The notes: generated from the letters alone by a model not told the origin. DNA of 64,000 nucleotides from Minisyncoccota bacterium (GCA_040905385.1 JBBDRP010000002.1:226292-290291); one strand, 5' to 3'; shown: positions 19,823 to 30,423, counted from the stretch's first letter. Translations and numbers: made by a program.

Positions 19823-20503
19823 ATGCTTTTACACATTATAAAACGAGGAGGACGCGGCCTGCCGATTGTTGCGGATGACGATGATCGCTGGCGATATCTG
19901 AAATGTCTGTATTATCTAAATGATAAAAATCATCCGATAGGTTGGGAGCGTGATGTTGAAGCGCTTGGTTCTGGACTGCACTTTCAACGCCCGGAATCGT
20001 GGGGTGGTGAGCGCGATCCGTACGTCGATATCCTGTCGTACTGTCTGATGGATAATCATTACCATCTATTCGTTTCCGAGCGCGATGAGGGCATGATGGC
20101 GGCTTTTACGAGGTCGCTAAATAAAAGCATGTCGCAGGCCTATAATGAAAAGCAAGACACAAGCGGAAGTATCTTTCAAGGCCCGCCCAAGAAAAAGTTT
20201 GTTGAGGATGACGCCTACCTGAAATTCCTGTACGTCTATGTCAACGTCAAGAATCCCTTCGAGCGGTATCAGGGCGGCATTCGGAAGGCGATCGAGAATT
20301 TTGATGACGCCTGGGAGTTTGCGCTCGAATACGATTTCTCTAGCTTACCAGATTGTGCGGGTGACCGGGCGTCACCCATCGTGTCGCTGGATATATTTCG
20401 GGATGCATTTTCAAGCTCCGCCGAGTTCAAAGAGTTCGCCCGCGAGCAGATGCATCGGTACGGGCAGTTTCTGGAAGATGTCGATGCGGATGACTTAGAG
20501 TAG
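19823..20503 (+). mobile_element. REP-associated tyrosine transposase (RAYT, IS200-like Y1 HUH family)
   Basis: HIIKRG N-terminus, YCLMDNHYHL HUH motif, GSIFQG, YVNVKNP catalytic-Tyr helix; flanked by hairpin repeats. Confidence 0.88.
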
Positions 20504-20532
20504 AGAAAAGGACAGAGAGGGAGTGTCTCGGT

Positions 20533-20559
20533 GTCTGTAAGGATAACATCCTTACAGAC
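20533..20559. repeat. REP-like hairpin (perfect 12-bp stem)
   Basis: gtctgtaaggat-aac-atccttacagac. Confidence 0.85.
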
Positions 20560-20653
20560 TGAGGTTAGTAGAAATTCACAGGAATAGATGTCGAAAGTCG
20601 AGAATGTGGGTTAAAATGAAGGCTAAGTACGCGGTGGTTGCCCGGGGTCTAGG

Positions 20654-20681
20654 GTCTTGTAAGGATAACATCCTTGCAGAC
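20654..20681. repeat. REP-like hairpin
   Basis: gtcttgtaaggat-aac-atccttgcagac. Confidence 0.8.
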
Positions 20682-20730
20682 GAGGAAAAGGATGATGAGG
20701 GTGGGGAGGTGACGGGAAATTACGCTAGTG

Positions 20731-23700
20731 ATGATTTTAGAATTTTATAAAAAAGTTAAGGAGTTTATCGGGCGGCATCCGCGGATGGTGGCGGTGGTGG
20801 GGGTGACGGTCGCGGTGCTCGTGATACTGGGAAGTGTTGGCACGCAGGCGGCGTGGTACTCATCAACCGGCGACGGCCCGACCTGGCAGTACCGCCAGAA
20901 GATTACCATCGATGCCGACCAGGTAGATGCCGAGCTGACCGACTTTCCCGTCTACGTTGATTTATCAGATTTTGGTAGTGATTTTTTTAGTAATGTCGCG
21001 GCAGATGGTGGGGATATTCGCATCACTACCGCCGATGGCACCACCGAGCTGGCGCGTGAGGTCGTCTCGGTAGACACGGCTTCATCAACCGGGGAGCTAC
21101 ACTTCAAGGCTGATAGCCTTAGCGCCTCAAGCGACAGCGAGTTTTTTATATACTACGGCAGTAGCGGCGCAAGTGATTATGCTGTTACGGATACGTACGG
21201 CCGCAATGCGGTGTGGAGTGATTATCGTTTTGTATCACATGACGCTGGTTACACTGACTCTAGTGGCGCTCTTGCTCAAGGAACTTTGTTTAATGGTATA
21301 ACGCCAAATGATTCAGCGGGAATAATTGGAAAAGCAACGCTTTTTGACAAACCTTCACAGCAGTATGTTCAACTTGGTGACACAATCATACCTCCAAGCA
21401 GTGATTTTACGTTTGATGTTTGGGCTGAGCAGTTTGATTTTACAGGAACTACTGTATCAGATGAATCATTAATACTTACTCAAAATGATTCTGGAAGCAC
21501 AAATGCTACTTTTGTGCACGGTTCTAATGCAAGACAAAACCATATTACTGGTCTGTGGGATATTAATAATAGCAGAACTCTAGAAGGTCCTGATATAAGA
21601 GGAAATGGCTGGGTAAAATTACAGATAAGAAGAGATGGTAATGAATTTAATTTATTCCATAACAATGTCCTTCAGGATGCGACCACCACAGCCATCACAA
21701 TTCCTGATGCAGCAAACGCTTATTTGGGTGCGTATGAAAATAATGGACCAGAAAGATTTTTCACAGGTTTAATTTCAGAAGTTAGATCTGCATATACTGC
21801 TCGGTCTGATGATTGGATTGCTACTGAGTACACCAATCAAAATAATACAACTGATTTCTATACCATCGGCGCTCAGGACACCCAGCCGGATTCGAACGTC
21901 GCTTTTGGGGCGAATTCGTACGGCGACTTTGCGGATACTCGCTGGAGCCACCGTGAGAAGATCACGATTGACGCCGCCCAGGTCGATGCGGATCTAGCCG
22001 ACTTTCCGGTCTATGTAGACCTGGCCGACCTATCGACAACATTTTTCCAAAATACCAACGTAACCTGTGGCGACATCCGTGTCACGGCCGGCGACGGCCT
22101 GACCGAGCTGGCTCGCGAGGTGGTGGCGTGTGATACGGCCTCATCCACTGGTGAGCTTCACTTCAAGGCCGACAGCTTATCGGCTTCTTCAGACACCGAG
22201 TTCTACATCTACTACGGCAACAACTCAGCCAATAACTACATCCATGATGAGCAGTTTGGGCGAGATAATGTGTGGTCGGATGGGTATGCTGGTGTATGGC
22301 ATCTAAGCGAAGGTTCAGGTGAGGCCCGTGACTCAACAGCTAACAGCAGTAACGGTACAAATAATGGTGCCACTCAGGGCGTAGTCGGGCAGGTAGGTGG
22401 CGGGTATGATTTCGATGGTACGGATGATTATGTAAAGATTACAGAAAATTTCGTCTCTTCTCCAAGTGAGCTGACTATTTCTGCCTGGTTTAAGAAGGAA
22501 AGTGGCGGTGATGTGTATGAGACTGTTTTACATAAGGGTTCAGCCGATACTGTCGGCAGTAGTGATTACTGGCTAGGAGTAAGTGGTGACGATAACTTAA
22601 CCGCCACTATTGGTGCCAATACTGGCGTTGGATGGGATGCTGGTGAAACTACTACTTCAGTAAATCTCGGACAATGGTATCACATGGCTGCTACCTGGGA
22701 CGGGTCTGTTGTTGAGGTTTATCTAGATGGTCAATTTAATAAGCAGTACAGTCTGAGTTCTTACGGTGATCTGAACACGGACACCAGATTCGGTTCATCT
22801 GCAGACGGTACAAATTATCAGTTTAGAGGTACTGCCAGTGAGATTAGGATTTATAACAAAAGTATTTCCGGTGACGAGATCTCCGCAACTTACCGCAACC
22901 AGAACTCACCAACCACTTTCTACACCGTCGGGGTGAATGAAGCTTCGGCCGGGCTGTTTGGTGATAACCCGTCCGGTGACTTTGCCGACGCCGACTGGGG
23001 GTATCGCGAGAAGATCACGATTGACGCCGATCAGGTCGGTGCAACTCTGACTGACTTTCCGGTCTACGTCGACCTTTCCAACTTGTCCGCAACCTTTTTT
23101 GATAATGTCACCGCCAGTGGTGGCGACATCCGTGTGACCGCCGGCGACGGCACTACCCAGCTGGCGCGGGAAGTTGTCTCGGTCAATACAGCCTCCTCGA
23201 CCGGTGAGCTGCATTTTAAGGCTGACTCAATATCGAGCACGACCGACACCAGCTTCTACATCTACTACGGTAATCCGAATGCTGATGATTATGCGGTAGG
23301 TGATACCTACGGCGCCGAGAATGTGTGGTCGAATGAGACACTAGCAGCATTCCACCTTGAGGAAAATGCTGTGAATAGTTCCGATGATAATTTCAATGGA
23401 ACAATAAACGGAAGTCCTGCCTGGGTGACTGGTGTTATTTACAGTGCTTTGGACTTCTTGGGTACTAATGGTAATAATGTCGAAATATCGAGTGCATTGC
23501 AATCAGACATTACAAATAATTCTTACACGGTTAAAGCATGGATAAATCCAAGATTAACTGGTTCTAGTAATCAAGCAATTATAGATACAGGTAGTGAAGG
23601 AGATGGTCAGATGCGCTTCTTTATGAATGACACAGATGGGTCGTTCAAGATACAAAACACAGCCAGTTTTACTGGCACAGGAGTAAGGTCTTCAGCTGGG

Positions 23701-26700
23701 ATCTTAACCGCGGATATATGGAATCAGGTTGTAGCGGTTGTAAATGGTACTAGCGCAATTTTGTATCATAACGGTCAGGAGATAACTTCAGGAACAATCG
23801 ATGCATATACAGGTAATGGCAATAATATTGCTTTTGGTGATAAACCACTAAGTTCAGGGTCTAGCATGAATGCTCTTAATGGGTCTCTGGATGAAGTTTA
23901 TATTTACAATAGTTTATTGTCTACTGACTGGATTGCCGCCGAGTACACTAACCAGTCTACCACTACTGACTTCTACACCGTCGGTAGCCTGGAAGAGCCG
24001 AGCACCGTCTTTGGCGACGATACCGATGGTGACTTTGCTGACACCGACTGGACGTATCGCGAGAAGATCACCATCAACGCCGACCAGGTGGAGGAGACGC
24101 TGACCGACTTCCCGGTCTATGTTGATCTGTCTGATTTCGGATCACAGTTTTTCAACAATGTCCGCAGTGATGGTGGTGATATTCGCATCACCGCCAGCGA
24201 CGGCACGACCGAGCTGGCGAGGGAAGTCGTCTCTGTGGACACTGCCTCATCGACCGGGGAAATCCATTTCAAGGCCGACGAGATCGACGCCGAGGCCGAT
24301 ACCGACTTTTACATTTACTATGGCAATACCGCCGCGGTCGACTACGTCGTTACGGATACGTACGGCCGTAACGCGGTGTGGAGTAACGGCTATGCTGGAG
24401 TTTGGCACACAGGCGAAGACTCTGCTACACAAACGTTTGATTCTACTGGTAACAATAATACGGGAAACTTTCAGGATAACTTACCAACCACGCAGTCTGG
24501 AAAGATTGGAGATACGCAAGATTTTGATGGCACTAGTGATTATATTGATGCGGGTACTGACTCTAGCCTAGACATCACAACTGAAATCACGGTCGGTGTC
24601 TGGGTGAATCCTGATAATACTGGTGGTGACTATACAGGAATAGTAAATAAAAGCAGAGCAGATACGGCTGGTTTCTGGATGGGGTATTCAGCGAACGGTG
24701 ATATAGTTAGATGGGAGACTAATGATGCAGGAGGAAGTTGGCATGAAGTTGATATGCCTTTAATAGATGCCGAAGTAGGAGAATGGAATCACTTCGTAGG
24801 TGTTTATGATGGTAGTGAGCTTATAGGTTATAAAAATGGTTCTCAATCAGGAACTCCTGATAGTTTTACTGGAGAATTTGAAACTACAACTAATTCCCTA
24901 AAGTTTGGAGATTTTGAGGTTGCGGATAGATGGTTTGATGGCATGCTTGATGAGATTCGTATCTCCAGTGCTGCGCGCTCTGCCGACTGGATCGCCACCG
25001 AATACAACAACCAAAATGCTCCTAGTAGCTTCTACACCATCTCTGGCAGCCCTTCCGAAGCGCCGGTGCTGCTGACTCCGGAAGATACGGCCACCGAGGT
25101 GAGCCGGGCGCCGACGCTGGACTGGCAACCGGTCCAATCAGCTACCGAGTACCAGGTGCAGGTGTCGCCAACCTCGACCTTCTCATCTATCACGGTGGAT
25201 GCGAACGCAACCGACAGCGAGATAGCTCTGGGCACGCCGTATCCGTCATTGGATGCCAGCACAACCTATCACTGGCGCGTACGCACGGTGGATGGGCAGA
25301 GCTTCGGCGCCTGGTCCACCGACTTTTCCTTTACGACAGCTGCTGGTCTGGCCGGCAGCGGTACCGAGGCCGATCCGTACCTCATCAGTACTCCACAAGA
25401 CCTGGATGACATTCGCAATGACCTGGATGCCTACTACCGACTTACGCAGGATATTGATCTGACCTTTGATACACGGGATCCAAATGGAGATTTTTATAAT
25501 GCTGGTGATGGTTGGCAGGAAATAGATAACTTTGATGGTGAATTCGATATGGGTGGATATAGTATTATCGGAGCCCGAATTTTTAATGGATTTTTTGATA
25601 ACATTGGATCAAATGGGCTTATACATTCAGGAAAATTTGCCGATTGCGAAGTTCATGGAGGATATGATCAAGGAGTTATTAACGAAACAGGAGGGGCAGG
25701 ATTAATTAAAGAAGTTGTAGTAGATAATTGTTCTGTGGCGTCGGGCAATACTACAAGCCGTAGAATTGGTGGATTTAGCGGTAGAGGAATCTCTTCTCAG
25801 GATGTTATTTCACGTAATCTTGTGCTCGGTGGAGAAGGTGATAAGGGTGCAAACACTGGACGAGTTTTTGATACCAAGGTGTACACACGAAACCTCATTC
25901 ACAATGTGAGTTGGGAGGGTGTAAGTGGTCAAACTGAAAATCCTCTTTTTGGGTGGATTCAATCTGGTGGAAATCCGACGGTAAATGATGTGTTTTTTGA
26001 TGATGATACGCTTGATTATGCCGGAACTCGAACTGACCAAGGTACCGGGCTAACTACCACCGAGGCGCAGGATATTACTACGTATGAAAATGCTGGGTGG
26101 GACATCGTTCCGATTGCTCAGCACGACGGGCAGCGGTCAACAGCAATTTGGTACATCGATGATGGCAATGATTATCCACGTCTGTGGTTCGAGTACGAGG
26201 GTGAGGGCTGGAAAGATGGCTGGAGCCACCGTGAGAAGGTCACGATCAAGTCATCGGCGGTGGATGCGACGCTGGAAGACTTTCCGGTCTATGTCGACCT
26301 AGCTGATTTCGGCGCCACGTTCTTTAATAACGTCCGTACTGATGGTGGCGATATTCGTGTCACCAAGGCGGACGGTACTACCGAGCTGGCCCGGGAGGTT
26401 GTCTCGGTAGATACCGCCTCCTCGACCGGTGAGTTACACTTCAAGGCCGACCGCCTCGCCAGCACCACCGACACAACCTTCTACGTTTATTATGGTAATC
26501 CAGATGCGTCCGAGTACGCGACTGATTATGCGTATGGTCGCAATGTTGTCTGGAGCGATTATGAAAACGTCTACCACCTCGACGAGCAAGGAGACGGTAC
26601 CACCGGAGAGCATATCGACTCAGCCGGTAACCACGACCTGACGGCTGGATACTTTTCTGCTGGTATTCCGAATCGAGTTGATGGAAACCTCGGGTACGCG

Positions 26701-29700
26701 CAGCAGTTTAACGGAACTGATACATCAATTGGTGGTGTATTTAATCTGAGTGCTAAGGATGAAATGGTCGTGTCGGTATGGGCGCAACCAACGGCCAGCG
26801 GGCAGTCCAGCCGGTCGGGAATATTTGGATACAGTGAATATAACGTTAGTTCAGCCTATCGATTGGGTGGATTTAGATTTACAAGCAGTGATTTAGGTGG
26901 GCTTGATATCTATCTAGATGATGGAAGTGCCGAGTGGTTTAACTCCACACTGACACTGAATCTCAACCAATGGAATTACATGGTGGGTAGATTTGAATCA
27001 GGGGTTACAAAAGATATTCTTATCAATGACCAGTGGGATGAACGTACTGCACCGACAGGCAGTTTGGCAGCGGGGACCTCAAGCATAGCACTTGGTGAAG
27101 TGCAGGAAGATCCTGTGAACCGCCGATTTCAGGGGCTCATTTCCGAGGCTCGCTACAGCACCGTAAAGAGGAGCCAGGAATTTTATGCCGCTGAGTATAC
27201 GAACCAATCGACCACCACCGATTTCTATACGGTCGATACGACACCAATCCAGATTGACAGCATCGAGGATTTGGATGATGTACGCAACGACCTATCAGCC
27301 AGTTATGAGTTGACGCGCAACCTGGATTTCGACGACTGCGCCTCTTATGACACCTGTGCCAATATGGACACCTACACAACCGGCAGTGGGTGGGACCCAA
27401 TTGGCACGAGTGGCGACCCTTTTACAGGTCAATTTGATTTCAAAGGACACTCAATTACCGGATTAATGATAAATAGATCTAGCACCGACTATCAAGGACT
27501 TTTCGGGGCCTTGGGACTTGATGGTTATATTCATAGCGGTTCAATTATTAATGCAGATGTTATCGGTGAGAAACGTACTGCAGTACTTGTTGGTTTCATG
27601 GATGGAAATGCACTTGTCGAACATATTTCTATTAGGAATAGTACTGTTGGAGGGTCGTACAGTGGTAACAAGGGACTGTTAGTTGGATGGTTAAATAGCA
27701 CTACTTCTCTGATAAGAGATTCTTATGCTCAAGGGCAAGCAATTGTAGGTAATTATAGTGCTGCAGCTGGAGAAATACATCCTGTTGATGCTCAGTTTCC
27801 TTCTGAAAATCTTTACTTTGTCGGAACTCTTGATTATGGTGCCAGTAGCCCTGTTGGAGGTATTGATGCGGCAGATAATGCTTTAAATAGTTTTTATGAT
27901 CAGGATGTTGCAGGAGAAATTTTTGGAGCAGATCCAGGAAATGCAACAACAACGGTCATAATGCAGGACATTGATACGTATATTAATGCTGGCTGGGACA
28001 TCGTCCCGATCGAAGAGCATGACGGGCAGGAGTCGACGGCGACCTGGTTTATTGATGATGGTAATGACTATCCGAAGCTGTGGTTTGAACGCGAGGGGGC
28101 CCAAAGCACAGCGTTTGGCGACGACCCCGACGGCGACTTTGCCGACACCGACTGGAGCCACCGCGAGAAGATCACCATCAACCCCGACAAGGTGCCGACG
28201 GTTACAAGTAGCGTTAATTCGCGCGTCACGCAATCCAGTGATGATGCTGAGGAAAAGCTTTCCGATAATAGTATGCTTATCTCAAGTTCTGATCTTGAAC
28301 TTATCGCTGATGGCACGTCGCCTGGCGGCGATCAAGAGATCGGACTGCGTTTCCAGAACATTACTATTCCCCAGGGTGCCGTGATCACCAACGCCTACAT
28401 CGAGTTCCAGACCGACGAGACCAACAGCACTACCACCAACCTAACCTTCCGCGCGGAGGATAATAACGATACGACGACCTTTACTACCGGTAGTGGTGAC
28501 ATTACCAACCGATCCAAGACAGCCGCCTCGGTTGATTGGAACAACGTGCCGGCCTGGAATACGATTAGCGAAAAGCATCAGACCCCGGATCTGTCGGCGG
28601 TGGTGCAGGAGGTGGTTGATCGCGCCGGCTGGCAGAGTGGTAACGCGATGGCGATGTTTGTCACTGGTGACGGAACCCGGATTGCCGAGGCATATGATGG
28701 CGAGGCGGCCAATGCACCGCTGCTGCATATCGAGTACGAATCTCCAGCGGCAACCTTGACGGATTTTCCAGTTTATGTTGATCTGGCCGATCTGTCGGAT
28801 ACGTTTTTCGTCTACGTAGCAAATGACGGGGCGGACATCCGCGTGACGGCCGGTGACGGGCTGACCGAGCTTCCGCGGGAAGTCGTGTCTGTGGATAGCG
28901 TCGGGAAGACGGGTGAGCTGCACTTCAAGGCCGATGCAGTATACGGGTCGGTCGGGACTGAGTTCTACATCTACTACGGTAATCCGTTTGCTGTGAATTA
29001 TTCAGCCACGGATACGTATGGTGCTCAGAATGTGTGGAATAGTAATTATGTGTTGGTTAGCCATGATGGAGGTGCCACAGATTCAACAAGCAATGGAAAT
29101 AATGGAACTGCTAATGGTGATGCTACTGCAGGGATAGCTACTGGTAAAGTTGGTACTGCTGCAGAATTTGATGGAGTTAGTGATTCATTCCAGATAGCAG
29201 ACGACGCTTCGCTTGATACACCCTCCGCAATCACTATTACAGCTTGGGTAAATGCGAACTCATTCAAGTCTGACTTCAGCGAAATTGTTAGTAAGAAGTT
29301 TGATACTGGTTATGATTTCTTGGTCGACAATGATGCTGGCACAAACGATTTGGAATTCATAAGTTTTGATGCAGATATTCTTCAGTATTCCAACGATAAC
29401 GTGGTTGCCACTAGTACTTGGTCTCATGTGGCTGTTACATATGATAAATCAAATGTAAATTTTTATGCGGATGGCTCGTATGAAGGAGGCGGTGCAGAGA
29501 CGGCAGATATTGGTACGAATAATGAGGATCTGTATATCGGTAGCGATGCAGGTAATAGCTGGGAGTGGAATGGACTTATTGATGAAGTCAGGATACTCTC
29601 TAGTTCTCAATCTGCTGACTGGATTACAGTCGAGTATAATAACCAGTCGTCTCCATCCACCTTCTACTCTGTAGGTACGCAGGAGATTAGCGGCGAAGAC

Positions 29701-30423
29701 ACGATACCGCCGTATCCAGATCCGAGCGAGTTTGCCGTGGCACCAGATGGGGCCAGCACGTCGTCGATCACGATGACGGCTGCCACCTCTACGGACGGCG
29801 AGGGATCAACCCCGGTCGAGTACTACTTCAACTACCAGGCGTGTGCTGCCGATGCCGGCACCGGCTGGAGTCACTCTGGTTGGTTGGTGGAGACGTCGTA
29901 TACCGACGAGAATCTCCAGGTTAACCAGTGCTACAGCTACCGCGTAAAGACCCGGGATAGCCTGGGTAACGAGACGGCGTACTCGGCAACATCCAGTGCC
30001 TACACCGCCGCCGCAATTCCGGACGCGCCGTCACTTTCCAACCCGACGGAGACGACGCTGGACTTGGTGAACAATGAAGGTGCCAACCCAACCGCTAATC
30101 CCGACACCACCTTTGCGGTACAAGTCAGCGATACCTCACCAGGAGACCAGACCTGGACAAACCAGTACGTCAACGCCAGTGGTGAGCCGTCAGCCACCGC
30201 CGTCTGGCTGACAGACAGCCAGCTGAGCGGCTTGACGGTTACCATGCTGGAGCCGAACATCACCTACACCTTCCGCACCAAGGCTCGCAATGAAGACGGT
30301 GACGAGACCGGCTGGTCGGCGACAACCGTGGCCTCGACCTCGTCTGACTACCCAGATGAGACGGACACCTCAACCCGTCTGCGCGGCGGCTCGACCATCC
30401 GCGGTGGCAGCACAGCGCAGTAA
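20731..30423 (+). CDS. Secreted ~3230-aa mosaic surface protein: 6x (DUF2341 + LamG/ConA-like), FN3-like, 2x GLUG-type, one inserted domain, C-terminal FN3-like domains
   Basis: Signal peptide ending VGTQA; same repeat scaffold as 13177-19737; C-terminal YSYRVKTRD and YTFRTKARN FN3-like strands. Start may be GTG 20728. Confidence 0.85.
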   Translation: MILEFYKKVKEFIGRHPRMVAVVGVTVAVLVILGSVGTQAAWYSSTGDGPTWQYRQKITIDADQVDAELTDFPVYVDLSDFGSDFFSNVAADGGDIRITTADGTTELAREVVSVDTASSTGELHFKADSLSASSDSEFFIYYGSSGASDYAVTDTYGRNAVWSDYRFVSHDAGYTDSSGALAQGTLFNGITPNDSAGIIGKATLFDKPSQQYVQLGDTIIPPSSDFTFDVWAEQFDFTGTTVSDESLILTQNDSGSTNATFVHGSNARQNHITGLWDINNSRTLEGPDIRGNGWVKLQIRRDGNEFNLFHNNVLQDATTTAITIPDAANAYLGAYENNGPERFFTGLISEVRSAYTARSDDWIATEYTNQNNTTDFYTIGAQDTQPDSNVAFGANSYGDFADTRWSHREKITIDAAQVDADLADFPVYVDLADLSTTFFQNTNVTCGDIRVTAGDGLTELAREVVACDTASSTGELHFKADSLSASSDTEFYIYYGNNSANNYIHDEQFGRDNVWSDGYAGVWHLSEGSGEARDSTANSSNGTNNGATQGVVGQVGGGYDFDGTDDYVKITENFVSSPSELTISAWFKKESGGDVYETVLHKGSADTVGSSDYWLGVSGDDNLTATIGANTGVGWDAGETTTSVNLGQWYHMAATWDGSVVEVYLDGQFNKQYSLSSYGDLNTDTRFGSSADGTNYQFRGTASEIRIYNKSISGDEISATYRNQNSPTTFYTVGVNEASAGLFGDNPSGDFADADWGYREKITIDADQVGATLTDFPVYVDLSNLSATFFDNVTASGGDIRVTAGDGTTQLAREVVSVNTASSTGELHFKADSISSTTDTSFYIYYGNPNADDYAVGDTYGAENVWSNETLAAFHLEENAVNSSDDNFNGTINGSPAWVTGVIYSALDFLGTNGNNVEISSALQSDITNNSYTVKAWINPRLTGSSNQAIIDTGSEGDGQMRFFMNDTDGSFKIQNTASFTGTGVRSSAGILTADIWNQVVAVVNGTSAILYHNGQEITSGTIDAYTGNGNNIAFGDKPLSSGSSMNALNGSLDEVYIYNSLLSTDWIAAEYTNQSTTTDFYTVGSLEEPSTVFGDDTDGDFADTDWTYREKITINADQVEETLTDFPVYVDLSDFGSQFFNNVRSDGGDIRITASDGTTELAREVVSVDTASSTGEIHFKADEIDAEADTDFYIYYGNTAAVDYVVTDTYGRNAVWSNGYAGVWHTGEDSATQTFDSTGNNNTGNFQDNLPTTQSGKIGDTQDFDGTSDYIDAGTDSSLDITTEITVGVWVNPDNTGGDYTGIVNKSRADTAGFWMGYSANGDIVRWETNDAGGSWHEVDMPLIDAEVGEWNHFVGVYDGSELIGYKNGSQSGTPDSFTGEFETTTNSLKFGDFEVADRWFDGMLDEIRISSAARSADWIATEYNNQNAPSSFYTISGSPSEAPVLLTPEDTATEVSRAPTLDWQPVQSATEYQVQVSPTSTFSSITVDANATDSEIALGTPYPSLDASTTYHWRVRTVDGQSFGAWSTDFSFTTAAGLAGSGTEADPYLISTPQDLDDIRNDLDAYYRLTQDIDLTFDTRDPNGDFYNAGDGWQEIDNFDGEFDMGGYSIIGARIFNGFFDNIGSNGLIHSGKFADCEVHGGYDQGVINETGGAGLIKEVVVDNCSVASGNTTSRRIGGFSGRGISSQDVISRNLVLGGEGDKGANTGRVFDTKVYTRNLIHNVSWEGVSGQTENPLFGWIQSGGNPTVNDVFFDDDTLDYAGTRTDQGTGLTTTEAQDITTYENAGWDIVPIAQHDGQRSTAIWYIDDGNDYPRLWFEYEGEGWKDGWSHREKVTIKSSAVDATLEDFPVYVDLADFGATFFNNVRTDGGDIRVTKADGTTELAREVVSVDTASSTGELHFKADRLASTTDTTFYVYYGNPDASEYATDYAYGRNVVWSDYENVYHLDEQGDGTTGEHIDSAGNHDLTAGYFSAGIPNRVDGNLGYAQQFNGTDTSIGGVFNLSAKDEMVVSVWAQPTASGQSSRSGIFGYSEYNVSSAYRLGGFRFTSSDLGGLDIYLDDGSAEWFNSTLTLNLNQWNYMVGRFESGVTKDILINDQWDERTAPTGSLAAGTSSIALGEVQEDPVNRRFQGLISEARYSTVKRSQEFYAAEYTNQSTTTDFYTVDTTPIQIDSIEDLDDVRNDLSASYELTRNLDFDDCASYDTCANMDTYTTGSGWDPIGTSGDPFTGQFDFKGHSITGLMINRSSTDYQGLFGALGLDGYIHSGSIINADVIGEKRTAVLVGFMDGNALVEHISIRNSTVGGSYSGNKGLLVGWLNSTTSLIRDSYAQGQAIVGNYSAAAGEIHPVDAQFPSENLYFVGTLDYGASSPVGGIDAADNALNSFYDQDVAGEIFGADPGNATTTVIMQDIDTYINAGWDIVPIEEHDGQESTATWFIDDGNDYPKLWFEREGAQSTAFGDDPDGDFADTDWSHREKITINPDKVPTVTSSVNSRVTQSSDDAEEKLSDNSMLISSSDLELIADGTSPGGDQEIGLRFQNITIPQGAVITNAYIEFQTDETNSTTTNLTFRAEDNNDTTTFTTGSGDITNRSKTAASVDWNNVPAWNTISEKHQTPDLSAVVQEVVDRAGWQSGNAMAMFVTGDGTRIAEAYDGEAANAPLLHIEYESPAATLTDFPVYVDLADLSDTFFVYVANDGADIRVTAGDGLTELPREVVSVDSVGKTGELHFKADAVYGSVGTEFYIYYGNPFAVNYSATDTYGAQNVWNSNYVLVSHDGGATDSTSNGNNGTANGDATAGIATGKVGTAAEFDGVSDSFQIADDASLDTPSAITITAWVNANSFKSDFSEIVSKKFDTGYDFLVDNDAGTNDLEFISFDADILQYSNDNVVATSTWSHVAVTYDKSNVNFYADGSYEGGGAETADIGTNNEDLYIGSDAGNSWEWNGLIDEVRILSSSQSADWITVEYNNQSSPSTFYSVGTQEISGEDTIPPYPDPSEFAVAPDGASTSSITMTAATSTDGEGSTPVEYYFNYQACAADAGTGWSHSGWLVETSYTDENLQVNQCYSYRVKTRDSLGNETAYSATSSAYTAAAIPDAPSLSNPTETTLDLVNNEGANPTANPDTTFAVQVSDTSPGDQTWTNQYVNASGEPSATAVWLTDSQLSGLTVTMLEPNITYTFRTKARNEDGDETGWSATTVASTSSDYPDETDTSTRLRGGSTIRGGSTAQ

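Noticed and set aside
19764-20681. CRISPR array from the 27-28 bp palindromic repeats
   Set aside because: Spacing is irregular (769 and 121 bp), one interval holds a transposase, and no cas genes are present
2895-30263. Numerous antisense and alternate-frame ORFs within the giant genes
   Set aside because: Shadows of repetitive, biased codon usage, with no motifs or independent expression signals
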